From: an uncultured delta proteobacterium | GTDB taxonomy: Bacteria > Desulfobacterota > Binatia > UBA9968 | Assembly: GCA_963771465.1 (NCBI GenBank) | Contig: CAVYTU010000019.1 | Location: 128,001-192,000, forward strand | Direction of reading: 5' to 3' | DNA length: 64,000 nt | The notes under the pieces: model-generated | The model's input: the letters and a program-made list of their open reading frames with translations, nothing else | What the model was told of the DNA's origin: nothing | Databases searched by the model: none | Position numbers and translations under genes: made by a program | Shown: positions 39,494 through 50,698 of the stretch, in pieces | Numbering within the stretch: the stretch's first letter is position 1 | Layout of the letters: each line of letters starts with the position of its first letter

Positions 39494-41756
39494 ATGTTGT
39501 CTCGGATTTTAAAGCCGTTACTGCTTGGTCTACTGGTCGGAGCCACCGGGCTTATTCTGAGTTTTTTTCAATTTACTCACGAGCTCGAGGAAGACACGGG
39601 GCTGGGATTGCTGTTCAAGCTTCGCGGCCCTAGGCAAGCACCGGCCGAGGCCGTTGTCGTCAGTATCGACAAAGACTCCGCCGACCAGCTCAAGATACCC
39701 GAGAACCCCGACAAATGGCCCCGTTCGCTGCACGCCCGCCTCGTCGAAGTTTTGTCGAAAGCAGGCGCATCGGTAGTTACCTTCGACGTCCATTTTATGG
39801 AAGCCCGTTCTGAGAAGGACGACAAGTTATTCGCCAACGCATTGAGCCGGGTAGGCAACGTTGTGCTGAGCGATCCCATGACAGCAAGAGAGATCGCGGT
39901 TTCCCCGATTTCCGGGTCTTACGGCGCGGAGCACGGTATCGTCAGAATCGTAAAGCCGTTGCCATTCTTGCCGAGTCGGCCGTCGCCACGGCTCCTTTCG
40001 TTCTACCGAGACTTCCCTTCAAGGTGAACCAGTATTGGACCTTCCAATCTGAGGCGGCGTTATCGCCTCCCCCACTATTCCCGTGGTCGCATATCAACTT
40101 TTCGCCGTGCCCATCTATGATGATTTTATCCAGCTCCTAATAAAGTTACGTCCTCATGTCCGGGAAATTGCCCACAAGCCTCGATACGACGTGCAAGACC
40201 AAGAGCGTGGGGAAACTCATGCGCGACATCAAGGATATTTTTGAAAGTGACCCGGCGCTTGCCGGTCAAATGATCGACGAGTTGGAACGCTCAGATGTCC
40301 CACCGGTCGATCGCAAAGAGAGATTGATGCTCAACGACCTTGGTTAAATTGTACGGCGGTTCCAACCGCCGCTACGTGAACTATTACGGTCCGCCGCAAC
40401 CGTGACCACCATTCCCTATTATCAGCGCGTTGCAAATTGGCGAACCGACACAACCGATCAAGGCCGATCGATCTTAAGGGCAGAGCCGTCTTCGTCGGAC
40501 TCTCGGAAAGAATATTTGCCGAGCGGAAAGACAGCTTTTATACCGTATTCTCACAAGCCAACGGTGTATTTATCGGCGGCGTCGAAATCGCCGCCACCGC
40601 ATTTCTCAACATGCTCGAAGATAAACCCATTAAACCGATCGGCACGCTTGCTTATCTCTTCTTGATTCTACTCTGGGGCCTGCTTGTCGGCGTGATTTGT
40701 CGTGTCTCCTCGATTATCGTCGGGGCGGTGACTGTTGTCGGCTTGAGCGCGCTTTACCTACTTGGCGCGAGTATCGTTTCGCGGCGGATGGCGCCTGGTA
40801 TCCGATCGTCATCCCATTCTTCGCGCAAAGTCCATTAGCCTTTGCCGGTGCGGTTTTGTGGAACTACGTCGAGACCAACAAAGAGCGCCAGCAGATCAGA
40901 AAAGCGCTTGCCTACTATGTGCCCGACGAAGTCGTCGATCAGCTCGCAAAGAACATGGTCGATATCAAGAACAGCGGCCAGATGGTTTACGGCGCATGTT
41001 TATTCGCGGATGTGGCGGGCTACACCACATTGTCGGAAAAGTTGACCCCACAACAGTTGAGCGACCTGATGCACAAGTACTTCGAAGCCACTTTTGAGCC
41101 CGTCAAAAAACATGGCGGCATGGTCGTAAACTTAAAAGGCGATTCCTTCTTGGCGATCTGGAAGGCGGCGCGGGCGGACGATGGCCTGAGGCGGCAAGCC
41201 TGCCTCGCCGCACTCGACGTGGCCAAAGCAGTTCACCGCTTCAACGGCACCGTGGATAACCTGGATTTGCCCACCCGTGTCGGCGTGCATTCAGGGCAAA
41301 TTTTTATGGGCAATATTGGCGCCGGCGATCACTATGAATACGGCCCCACGGGCGACACCGTCAACACGGCATCGCGGATGGACGGATTGAATAAGTATCT
41401 GGGGACCGAGGTTCTGGCGTCTGAAGAGATCGTTGATCAAGTCGACGGCCTACTGACGCGCGAAGTCGGTAAATTCTATGCTAAAAGGGAAAGCCCAGCC
41501 CATCGTGGTCCATGAACTGTTGGCCGGCCTTGAAGAGGCTGACGGAAAACAAAAACAATCCCGCGAGATATTTGCCGACGCGCTCGGCGCATTCAGACGG
41601 CAAGCATGGGATGAAGCGAAAGAGAGATTTGATCGCGCCGTCGAAATCCGGGAGGCCGATGGACCGGCTCATTTTTATTTAAAGCTTTGTGATGAGTATA
41701 AATCGAATCCGCCCGGGGAATCCTGGGATGGCGTGATTACTCTCGACGAGAAGTAA
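39494..41756 (+). pseudogene. CHASE2-domain class III adenylate/guanylate cyclase, multiply frameshifted as assembled
   Basis: Fragments: VVVSID, WPRSLHA, FDVHF (CHASE2); GVEIAAT; TM helices; LFADVAGYT, KGDSFLA, RVGVHSG, GDTVNTASR (cyclase); DGPAHFY...WDGV tail. Confidence 0.8.
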
Positions 41757-42109
41757 ACTAGAGTGACCGTTTGTTATACACGATGTATCCAAAAGTTTAC
41801 GGTCAATTTTCATCTCACGGAGATTTAACCGAGTTAACCGAGCCACTTCCTGCAAACAGAGGAAGTTAGCTTTCTCGATTGGGATTCGCCGCGTTGGCAC
41901 GATATATGCCCACATTGTCGTCGTAAAATGACTCGGGCCGTTCCGGCGACAAACCGACTCAATGGAATCTTGCTGACCCGGCGTCGATCGGTCGCACCAG
42001 ATATGCCGCCGTACGGCGGCAAAAAAGCGGCCTTGACAAGAGTTTTGAAAAATATCATAGGAAAGTCGCACAGTTTATTTTCTTCGACGTGAAATAAGGC
42101 AGGTGAGTC

Positions 42110-45100
42110 ATGAATAAGTTGAGATCATTCTTACTCATCGTCGCGTGGTCCGCTGGCGCGACCATGTCGCCATCACCCTTATCCTTCGCCGCGACCGTCT
42201 GCGACCCAGGGGTCGCCAAGATGGTCTCCGTACAAGGCAACGTCGAGGTTCGCCGTGCTGGCCAAACTCAGTCTCAGCCGGCCCGCTTAAATGAAACCTA
42301 TTGCCCCGGGGATCGCATCCAGGTTGGCGACAAAAGCCGAGCGGATATCGCCTTGGTCAACCAGCCGGTCCTTCGGCTCGATCAGAATACGATCATTACC
42401 CTGGCAGGGTTGAAAGATGAGCGCGCGTCGATAATCGATTTGGCGCGCGGCGCCTTACACTTCTTCAGCCGCTTGCCGCGGAATTTGGAAGTGAACACAG
42501 CGTTCGTAAACGCAGGCGTCGAAGGAACCGAGGGTTTAGTCCAAGTCGAAGCTGACAGGACGCTGATCACCATCTTTGATGGCAAGGTGCTCGCGGCCAA
42601 CGCGGCGGGAAGCCTCGCGCTCGCCGCCGGCCAGTCGGCGGTCGCCGTCCAAGGGCAAGCGCCGGTATTGCGCACCGTCGTGCGACCGCGCGATGCCGTC
42701 CAATGGGCGCTTTACTATCCACCCGTGACCTATTTCCGGCCGGAAGATTTCAGGGCACACAGCCCTGGCAAGGCATGGCGCGAAACTCTATTGAAGCCTC
42801 CATGAAAGGCGATTACCAACGGCGCCTTTGACGCCCTTAAGGGCGCGCCCCCGTGACATTACAGAGCCGCGCTTCTTTGCCTACCGCGCTGCATTACTGC
42901 TGGGCGTGGGCCGCGTCGATGAGGCCGGACCGGATCTTGAACAGGCGCTAAAACTCAGCCCAAATTACAGCGATGCCTTGGCGCTGCAATCGATCATTGC
43001 TGTGGTGCAAAACGATAAAGAGAGAGCGCTCAACGTCGCCCAGAAAGCCGTCACGGCCGATCCCAAAATCAGCCGCGCACTCATAGCTCTTTCCTACGCA
43101 CAGCAGGCGAACTTCGATCTCGAAGGCGCACGTAATAGCTTGCAGCAAGCCGTGCAAGCCAATCCGAACAACGCGCTTGCCTGGGCCAGGCTGGCTGAGA
43201 CTTCACATGTCGTTCGCGGAACTCGATGACGCCCTGGAAGCGGCGCAGAAAGCGGTAGCGCTAAATCCCAACCTGTCCCGGACTCAGATGGTGCTTGGCT
43301 TCGCCTATCTAACCCGAGTCAAAACCGTCGAAGCGAAAAAAGCCTTTGAAAAAGCCATCGAGCTCGATCAAGCCGATGCGCTGTCGCGACTGGGTCTGGG
43401 ATCTCGGGAAGATCCGCGATGGCGATCTGGATGAAGGAAGAAGAGAGATCGAGGTCGCCGCTAGTCTCGACCCAAACAACTCCATTGTCCGCAGCTATCT
43501 CGGCAAAGCCTACTACGAGGAGAAACGCTCGGATCTAGCCGAGCGCGACTATGCCACTGCCAAGGAACTCGACCCCAAGGACCCGACACCTTATTTCTAC
43601 GACGCGATCCAGAAGCAGACCACGAACCGGCCAGTTGAAGCGTTGCAGGACATGCAGAAGGCCATCGAGATGAACGACAACCGCGCGATCTATCGGTCGC
43701 GTCTGCAGCTCGATTCGGATCTTGCCGCACGCAGCGCCAGCTCAGGCCCGCATCTACAGCGATTTAGGATTCCAGCAGCTCGCTTGGTGGAAGGGTGGAA
43801 ATCGGTCAACACCGATCCAACCAATTTTTCCGCTCATAGATTTCTTGGCGGATTCTTATTCTGTTTTGCCGCGCCACGAAATCGCCAGGGTTAGCGAATT
43901 GCTGCAGTCGCAACTGCTGCAGCCACTCAACATGACACCGATTCAGCCGCGACTTGCCGAAAGCAACCTGTTCCTCATCAGCGCCGGAGGTCCGGCAGCG
44001 CTCTCATTCAACGAGTTCAATCCTATTTTCAACCGGAACGGGATTACGTTTCAGAACAACGGCCTTGCCGGTGAAAATGCCACGTACGCTGGAGAAGGGG
44101 TGCTCTCCGGGATTACAAGAAGTCAGCGTTCAGCGTCGGCGGCTTTCATTTTCAAACGGACGGCTGGCGAAAAAACGCTGATCAGAGACGACAATATCGG
44201 CAATGCTTTTCTACAACTGGAACTCTCTCCTGAGACGAGCATTCAAGCTGAATACCGATATAGAGACCGGACGCGCGGTGACCTGCAACAAAGATTTTTT
44301 TCGGAAGATTTTTTTCCCGGCCTGACCGACGAAGAAGAGAGACACACCTATCGGCTCGGTGGACGGCACTCGTTTTCACCGAACTCAATTCTCCTGGCGT
44401 CATTAATGTATTCCAAGTCAGAGCCACACCAGAGAGACAACGCGCCCCCGTCGCCTATCCCGGGTCTTACCTTCGTCGACTTTTCGAATCCACCCATCGA
44501 CGCTTTCAGCGGGGAAATCCAGCAACTTTTCCGTTCTCCCTACTTCAACATCACGAGTGGCTTAGGATACTTCAAAGTTAACGGCGCCGTTACCACAACC
44601 CTCGGGATTGATTTTCCTCCTGTCGTAGCGATACCGGTTGCGAAAACAGACATCGGTTTGCATCACGTAAACGGCTACGCCTATGGGCAATTGAACATCA
44701 TAAAAAATCTGACACTTACTGCAGGCTTCAGTTTTGATTCCTTGGGCGGTGACTCTGGGTTTATCCCGGGGGGAAATAAAAATCAGTACAACCCGAAATT
44801 CGGAGCTGTATGGAATCCTTTTCCGGACACTACCATTCGTGCCGCGGCTTTCAGAGCCTTGAAGAGGACGCTCATCACTGACCAAACTCTTGAGCCGACC
44901 CAGGTAGCCGGGTTCAACCAGTTTTTCGATGATCCTAATATAACCGACGCTTGGCGCTACGGCAGCGCTATAGATCAGAAAATTACCAAAAACCTGTTTG
45001 CGGGGGTGGAAGTCTCCAAGCGGGACCTGACCATCCCGCAGATCGTTGTGGGTGAAAGCACTATCGAATTGGACGGTGAGGAGTCGCAGCTCGTACGTAT

Positions 45101-45520
45101 CTCTTCTGGACTCCTCATCCATGGCTGGCTTTGAGAGCGCAATACGTTTTCGAGCGCTTTAAAAATGACGCCGTGATCAATCAACCCTTCAAGCTACACA
45201 CGCATCGCGTTCCGCTCGGTGTCAATTTTTTTCACCCCTCCGGAGTAGGTGCCTCCGTGACCGCAACGTACTGGAATCAAGACGGAAAATTTCAAAGGGT
45301 CGCGCCGGAAGTTTTTGGCCTCGTCCAATCCGGTCGCGATGACTTTTGGACGGTCGATGCGGCAATCAATTACCGGCTGCCGAAGCGGTTCGGTTTCATC
45401 ACGGTTGGCGCGACCAATCTTTTGGATAAGAAGTTCAAGTTCTTTAACACAGATATCAAAAACCCGTTTATACAACCGGACAGGATGGTTTTTGGGCGGA
45501 TCACACTGGCACTTCCATAA
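42110..45520 (+). pseudogene. FecR-like N-terminal domain + TPR repeats + TonB-dependent-receptor-like beta-barrel, multiply frameshifted as assembled
   Basis: Signal peptide; VQGNVEV, GDRIQVG, LRLDQNT, AGVEGTE (FecR-like); DAVQWALYYP; TPRs; YLGKAYYEEKR; barrel strands NPKFGAVW, VDAAINYRLP, GATNLLD. Confidence 0.78.
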
Positions 45521-45664
45521 GATTCAGCCAAACCATGCCACTGAGATGGAGGTGAAAATATAGCATTCGGAACTACTAATGACAGCGGGGAAGCCCATCG
45601 GTTTGGGGCGATGGAATGGACGGCAAAAGGCGATAATCCTTTTGCAAACAAAAAGGGGAAGGTC

Positions 45665-46371
45665 ATGTCAAAAAAATTTGCAACAATAGTGTTGGTTGGC
45701 CTATTGGCTATGAGCACGGTCGCCGTATTTAGCACTGACGCCAGTGCGCAGTACAGCTATTTAGGGTCAGGGTGGAAGATCAATACCTATGAGCATTCTA
45801 TGTCGTTTAAGGTTCCGGGGAGTGTCGTCAACAATGGCTCACTCTTTTTCTTCAGCGATGCCGTTTGGTATGACAATCAAGTCGTATGTAAAAACAAAGG
45901 TGGCAACATCAGTTTTTCCCCAGGCATTGGTTTGATCTCAACGGAGGGGATTGCCAATCTCGGTCTGCAAAACGGTTGTGTGAATAGGGAATCAGGAGGG
46001 GAATGTACTGCAACCGTTTTATACCCGAATAGTGTCGCCGAGCTTGAGAGCGATGCGACTCTTCTCGCAGCATGCAATGCAGCCGTCGGAGAAACCGATC
46101 TGACGCACAGCAATGTTTCCTCAGATTCTTTGGGTTGGAGAATTATCATTGCCGGAATAAAAACGACACGCCGATTCAGATCCAAACCAAGGGAGTATGC
46201 ACGACAGCGACAGCCTCGACCTGCGAAGGGTCCGATTGCACCGATCAGCTCACTCAGGGCGTCCGCTTCACATTTCCCAGTTTCCAGCAGAATCCTTTGG
46301 ATTTGTTCGCTGTTCAGCTGGATAACAGCTGTGTCGCATGTGTAAATGGCACCGGGCCGTGTACGCCTTGA
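45665..46371 (+). CDS. Cys-rich secreted hypothetical protein (probable frameshift near 46110)
   Basis: Signal peptide MSKKFATIV...ASA|Q; joining 45611..46345 with 46072..46371 gives a Cys-rich protein ending just before a terminator-like hairpin. Confidence 0.55.
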
Positions 46372-46412
46372 AGGTCGATTCTCAGCCAAGCGTGTGGGCG
46401 GGGTCTTTTTTT

Positions 46413-46448
46413 AGGGGAGCGAGGTTTTAGGAACCTCCTCCCCTTTTT
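46413..46448 (+). terminator. Possible intrinsic terminator
   Basis: AGGGGAG-c-GAGGTT...AACCTC-CTCCCCT followed by a T-run. Confidence 0.5.
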
Positions 46449-47505
46449 GCTCAAAAATAGGCTGTTCAGTTTGACAGTATTTCGTATGATGCCTTTTTGG
46501 ATTTTATTTTTCGCGCTGGGAATTGGCATTTCGTCTGCTGCCCGGGCAGCAGACGAAATAGTCGCCGAGGTGGACGGCGTTGCTATCACACGGGAGGAAC
46601 TCGAGAAGCCACTTGCCTCTCAGCTCAGCAAGCTGGAGGAACAGATCTACAACCTCAAGCTCAACGGTTGAAACGTTGGTCAACGAGAAACTTCTCGCAA
46701 AGAAGCCGCGAAACGAAGACGTTTCACGGCGCCGGCACTATTAGATATCGAGGTCACCTCAAAGGTCGCTCTGATTACAGAGCAGGAGATAGAAAAGTTC
46801 TACCAGGACAATAAAGCGCAAATCAAAGGCGAACAAGCACAGGTCCGGGAGCAGATCAGAGCTTACCTACAAAACCAAAGGCTGGCGGCCAAGCGCGACG
46901 AGTTTCTTAGTTCGCTGCGCGCGCAGGCCAAGGTGGTGGTCCATCTCAAGGCGCCAGCCATCCAGCGTAGCGAAGTGTCCGTCCAAGGGGCGCCGTTCAA
47001 GGGAGCCGAGAAGGCGGCGGTGACCATCGTGGAGTTTTCCGACTTTCACTGTCCATTTTGCCGGCAGGTTATTCCTACGCTGGCACAACTCGAGCTACAG
47101 TACGGCGAAAAAATAAAGCTGGTTTTCCGCGATTTCCCAATCGAGAGTCTGCACCCGGGAGCGACCAAAGCCCACGAGGCGGCGCGCTGCGCCAACGAAC
47201 AAGGAAAATTCTGGCCGTATCATGACAAGCTCTTTGCCAGTCCGCCTAGTTCCACTCCAGAGGTCTTTAAGGCGTTGGCCAAGGAAGTGGGTCTGGACGC
47301 GGTTGCCTTTGAATCCTGCCTGAGCAGCGGAAAGTTTCTGGCCGCGATCAAAGTAGATATGGAGGAAGGAAACCGCGTCGGAGTAAGCGGTACGCCGGCT
47401 TTTTTCATCAATGGCCGGCAGATTTCCGGCGCCCAGCCGCTTGAAGCTTTCACGCGGGTCATCGACGACGAATTGGCGCGCATTGTCCACTTAGGTCAAA
47501 AATAA
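46447..47505 (+). pseudogene. DsbA-family thiol-disulfide oxidoreductase with SurA-like N-terminal domain, frameshifted near 46660-46730 as assembled
   Basis: VAEVDGVAITREEL; VTIVEFSDFHCPFC; RDFP; AARCA-EQGKFW; GVSGTPAFFING. Confidence 0.82.
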
Positions 47506-47663
47506 TCATCAGGAAAATATTCCCGCCAGTTTTACGCTTGCCCGCAACGAGAAACTCGCTTCAGGCTTTGGTAATTTAATATTTGGCTTTTCTGCCGTTT
47601 CTCAAAATCCCAGCCAGTTGCGACACTTCCTTTCTTACGGTGGGTTTTCTCTTGCTACAGTAG

Positions 47664-47692
47664 TTGACGCCGGCACGGACAAGAAATAAGGT
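47664..47692 (+). promoter_or_regulatory. Sigma70-like promoter candidate
   Basis: TTGACG-17 bp-TAAGGT just upstream of the AAGGAGG RBS of the 47716 gene. Confidence 0.4.
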
Positions 47693-47715
47693 CAGCCGAA
47701 AAGGAGGATCCCGTT

Positions 47716-48624
47716 ATGGACAAAGTAAATTTTCCCTATCGCTCGGACAGCCACTTGCCGTTCTTACATGTCGTGCATGAATCGGGATCGTGGGCCAAAC
47801 ATGGCTTGGAAGTGAACTACGATTACGAGATTACCTCGGAAGACTCACACAAGAACGTCGCCAACGGCACGGTGGAGTTCGTCGGCGGCAATCACCTATC
47901 GCCCTACATTCAGCGCCCGGCCGGGGATAAGTGGGTTTACCTCGGCCAGACCGTTAGCTTACTGAATCACCGCTTGGTCGTGCGCGCCGACTCGGGCATC
48001 AACAAAGTCTCCGATCTCAAGGGCAAGAAGGTCGCCACCAAAGGCAAACATCCGGGATTGAATACATGGCTCTTCATCAAACAGGCCGGCTTGCTCGGTG
48101 ACTGTCGTGTCGAGAACGCCAAAGGCAAGTTTCACTGGGAAGCGGTGCGCGACGGCGAAGCCGATGCGGCCTTCGTCACGCCGCCGGCGGATATTCTTGC
48201 CAAACGCGCAGGTCTGAAAGTGATCGAGGTGCCGTTTTTACCGATGGTCTGGTTCACCACGGTTTCCAGCGGTGCGGGCTTCGTCGAAAAGCATCCCGAC
48301 ATCGTCGACAAGATGCTGCGCGGTCTCTGCGAAGGCATCGCCTACTTCAAAACCCATCGGGCCGAGTGCATCAAGATCATCAAAGATAAGTACAAAGCCG
48401 AAGGCGAGCTCGACGACGAGACGGCAACACACCTCTATGAAGATCTGAAGCTGATCCTGCAAGCCAAACCCTACGCGACCATCCCGGCGATTTCGAATGT
48501 CTATGAAATCGCCATCGAGCAGGACAAAGCCGCCGAGAAATGCGAGCCGATGGCGCTTTGGGATTTTCACTTCTTAAGACGCATCGACGACAGCGGTTTC
48601 ATCGATAATCTTTACCGAACGTAA
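47716..48624 (+). CDS. NMT1/SsuA/THI5-like solute-binding-fold protein without a signal peptide
   Basis: KHGLEV, INKVSDLKGKKVA, GEADAAFV, FVEKHPDIV, IDDSGFIDNLY; strong RBS followed directly by MDKVNFPY, with no hydrophobic h-region. Confidence 0.8.
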   Translation: MDKVNFPYRSDSHLPFLHVVHESGSWAKHGLEVNYDYEITSEDSHKNVANGTVEFVGGNHLSPYIQRPAGDKWVYLGQTVSLLNHRLVVRADSGINKVSDLKGKKVATKGKHPGLNTWLFIKQAGLLGDCRVENAKGKFHWEAVRDGEADAAFVTPPADILAKRAGLKVIEVPFLPMVWFTTVSSGAGFVEKHPDIVDKMLRGLCEGIAYFKTHRAECIKIIKDKYKAEGELDDETATHLYEDLKLILQAKPYATIPAISNVYEIAIEQDKAAEKCEPMALWDFHFLRRIDDSGFIDNLYRT

Positions 48625-48715
48625 AAACTGTTTCGAGTTTCGGTTTCGGGGTTTGAGCTCTTTTCTCCAACTCGAACCAGTTGCGTCTCGCTGATAAATC
48701 GATCGGAGTCGTATT

Positions 48716-49489
48716 ATGAGTCAGTTACTGCCGCAGCTTGGCGTCAAGATGAGCTCTGAGGACGCCAAAGACTATATCAACTCGGTTAACCAGAAAGTCA
48801 TCCAGCGTTGGAAAGAACGAGTCACCAACGGACCGTTCATGAGTCAGTTTCTCGAAGGGAAGCTGCCCATGTCGGCGATCAAGTTGTTTTTCAAGAACTG
48901 GGGCAACTTCACCGTCGAGATCAACACCCTGGCGTCGGTCTCCTATCACAAACATATCGGCTTTTTTAAACGCCATCCTGATCTGATGGGACCGCTCGGC
49001 GTCAAGATCGCCGACGAATTCATTCATCCGCAGCCGCCGGGTCACGTGTTGGTCATGCTTCAGACGGCGGAAGCGTTGGGATTGACGAAAGAGCAAATTT
49101 TGCGTGAGCCGATGTTGCCGGAGTGCCGCGCGATTCTCGATTTCAAGCGGCAACTCATGTGGGAAGGCACCGTCGCCGAGTGGTGGTTCTCGATGTTAAC
49201 GGAAGAACCCATCGGTCACTGGGCGGCGCTGTGGTTCAAAACTCTGACGCGCGAATACGGCTTTTCCAAACAGCAGGCGATCTACTTTTCCACCCACGAA
49301 GAAGCCGATCTGAAAGAACATGACGACGGCGTCATGGGTCACGGCAGTTTCAACAAACTAGTCATGCAGCGCATCTTGGAAGACGGCTACGCCGACTGCC
49401 GCGAAGGGTACAATTTGGAATACTGCGCCATCGCCGCCGTCGATCTCTATGGCGTCATGCACCGAGCCGCGGCGGAACTGGTAGCCTAA
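48716..49489 (+). CDS. Heme-oxygenase-like diiron enzyme, subfamily A (paralog of 36578..37321)
   Basis: FFKNWGNF, DEFIHPQPPGH, PMLPECRA, WWFS-LTEE, YFSTHEEADLKEH. Confidence 0.72.
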   Translation: MSQLLPQLGVKMSSEDAKDYINSVNQKVIQRWKERVTNGPFMSQFLEGKLPMSAIKLFFKNWGNFTVEINTLASVSYHKHIGFFKRHPDLMGPLGVKIADEFIHPQPPGHVLVMLQTAEALGLTKEQILREPMLPECRAILDFKRQLMWEGTVAEWWFSMLTEEPIGHWAALWFKTLTREYGFSKQQAIYFSTHEEADLKEHDDGVMGHGSFNKLVMQRILEDGYADCREGYNLEYCAIAAVDLYGVMHRAAAELVA

Positions 49490-49534
49490 ATGGCTCAGCG
49501 GGATTTGAACAATCGTGCAGCCTACATCTGTATG

Positions 49535-50554
49535 TCAGTGCGACTTGAAACCCGCCACAGTTGCGCGCCAACCTGTTTCATTCTCGCCTGGAACAATTGG
49601 GAAGTAGTAACTCACACGATCGAGTAAACCATCATATTTCTCCAAGACCTTCGCGGGCAAATCCGCCCAGGTTTCCCGTAGAGCAAATCGATCGAGAATT
49701 TCATCCGTAATCAGGGCCGGCATCTCGTTCCAGCGGCCGCGCGCCGCCAGCGCCTTCAATTCGTCGGCAACTCCGCCCCATCCCTCAAGCTCGAACACCG
49801 GCCGGTATGGCGGCGTGCTGGCGTAAAAAGAAATCTGCTGGCGTACTTCGGCCGTGAATTTCGCGGCCTGCGCTGAATCGTCGGCAGGAATCACGAAGAT
49901 ACTGCTCGATAATTCGATACCGCTCCGTTTTCTCTGGCTCCTCGCCAAACCTATTTCGATGTTGGGCAGAATCTTTTCTTTGAGATAGCGCGTCGTGTGC
50001 AACGGATGGACGTGAAAGCCTTCGCACAACTCGCCGGCGAGTTCGCACATGCGCCGGTTCACGCCGGCGACGAAGATAGGTATGCGATGATACTCATGCG
50101 GCGCCGGACTGAAAAACGGCGTCATCAAGGTCAGTTTGTAAAACTCGCCCTGGAAATTGAGCCGGCTTTGATTCTGCCAACAGTCCCAGATCGCGCGCAG
50201 CGCGAGAATCACCTCGCGCATCTTGTCCACCGGCCGCTCCCACTTCACGCCGAAGCGCCGCTCGTTGTGCCCTTTGACCTGCGTACCGAGACCGAGAATA
50301 AAGCGTCCCTTGGAAAAACGCGCCAGGTCCCAGGCGAGCTGCGCCAGAATCGTCGGGCTGCGCGGAAACGCCACGGCGATGCTCGTGCCGACGCTCAAGC
50401 GTTGACTATGTTCGGCGGCCAAGACCAGCGGCAGAAACGGCTCATGCGACGTCTCAAACGTCCAGATGCCATCGAAGCCGGTCTCATCGGCAAAGCGCGC
50501 CAACGCAGCCATTTGGCTTAAGTCGTGAACCAATAAGCTCGCATCAAATTTCAT
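49535..50554 (-). CDS. LLM-class probable F420-dependent oxidoreductase (TIGR03617-like)
   Basis: ETSHEPFLPL, IAVAFPRSP, GRFILGLGTQVKGHNERRFG, TLMTPFFSP, AGELCEGFHVHP, FYASTP. Confidence 0.85.
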   Translation of the reverse strand: MKFDASLLVHDLSQMAALARFADETGFDGIWTFETSHEPFLPLVLAAEHSQRLSVGTSIAVAFPRSPTILAQLAWDLARFSKGRFILGLGTQVKGHNERRFGVKWERPVDKMREVILALRAIWDCWQNQSRLNFQGEFYKLTLMTPFFSPAPHEYHRIPIFVAGVNRRMCELAGELCEGFHVHPLHTTRYLKEKILPNIEIGLARSQRKRSGIELSSSIFVIPADDSAQAAKFTAEVRQQISFYASTPPYRPVFELEGWGGVADELKALAARGRWNEMPALITDEILDRFALRETWADLPAKVLEKYDGLLDRVSYYFPIVPGENETGWRATVAGFKSH

Positions 50555-50698
50555 CAGGTCATCCTGGGTGGAACTGTCATCACGTGCGCGGGTTCAGTTG
50601 CTTTCAACCGTCATTCATGGTTTTTCCATTCTAGACAATTTGCGGCGCTTTTTCGGGTTCAGCACCCATCGCCACGAAACGACAGGAGATATCCACGG

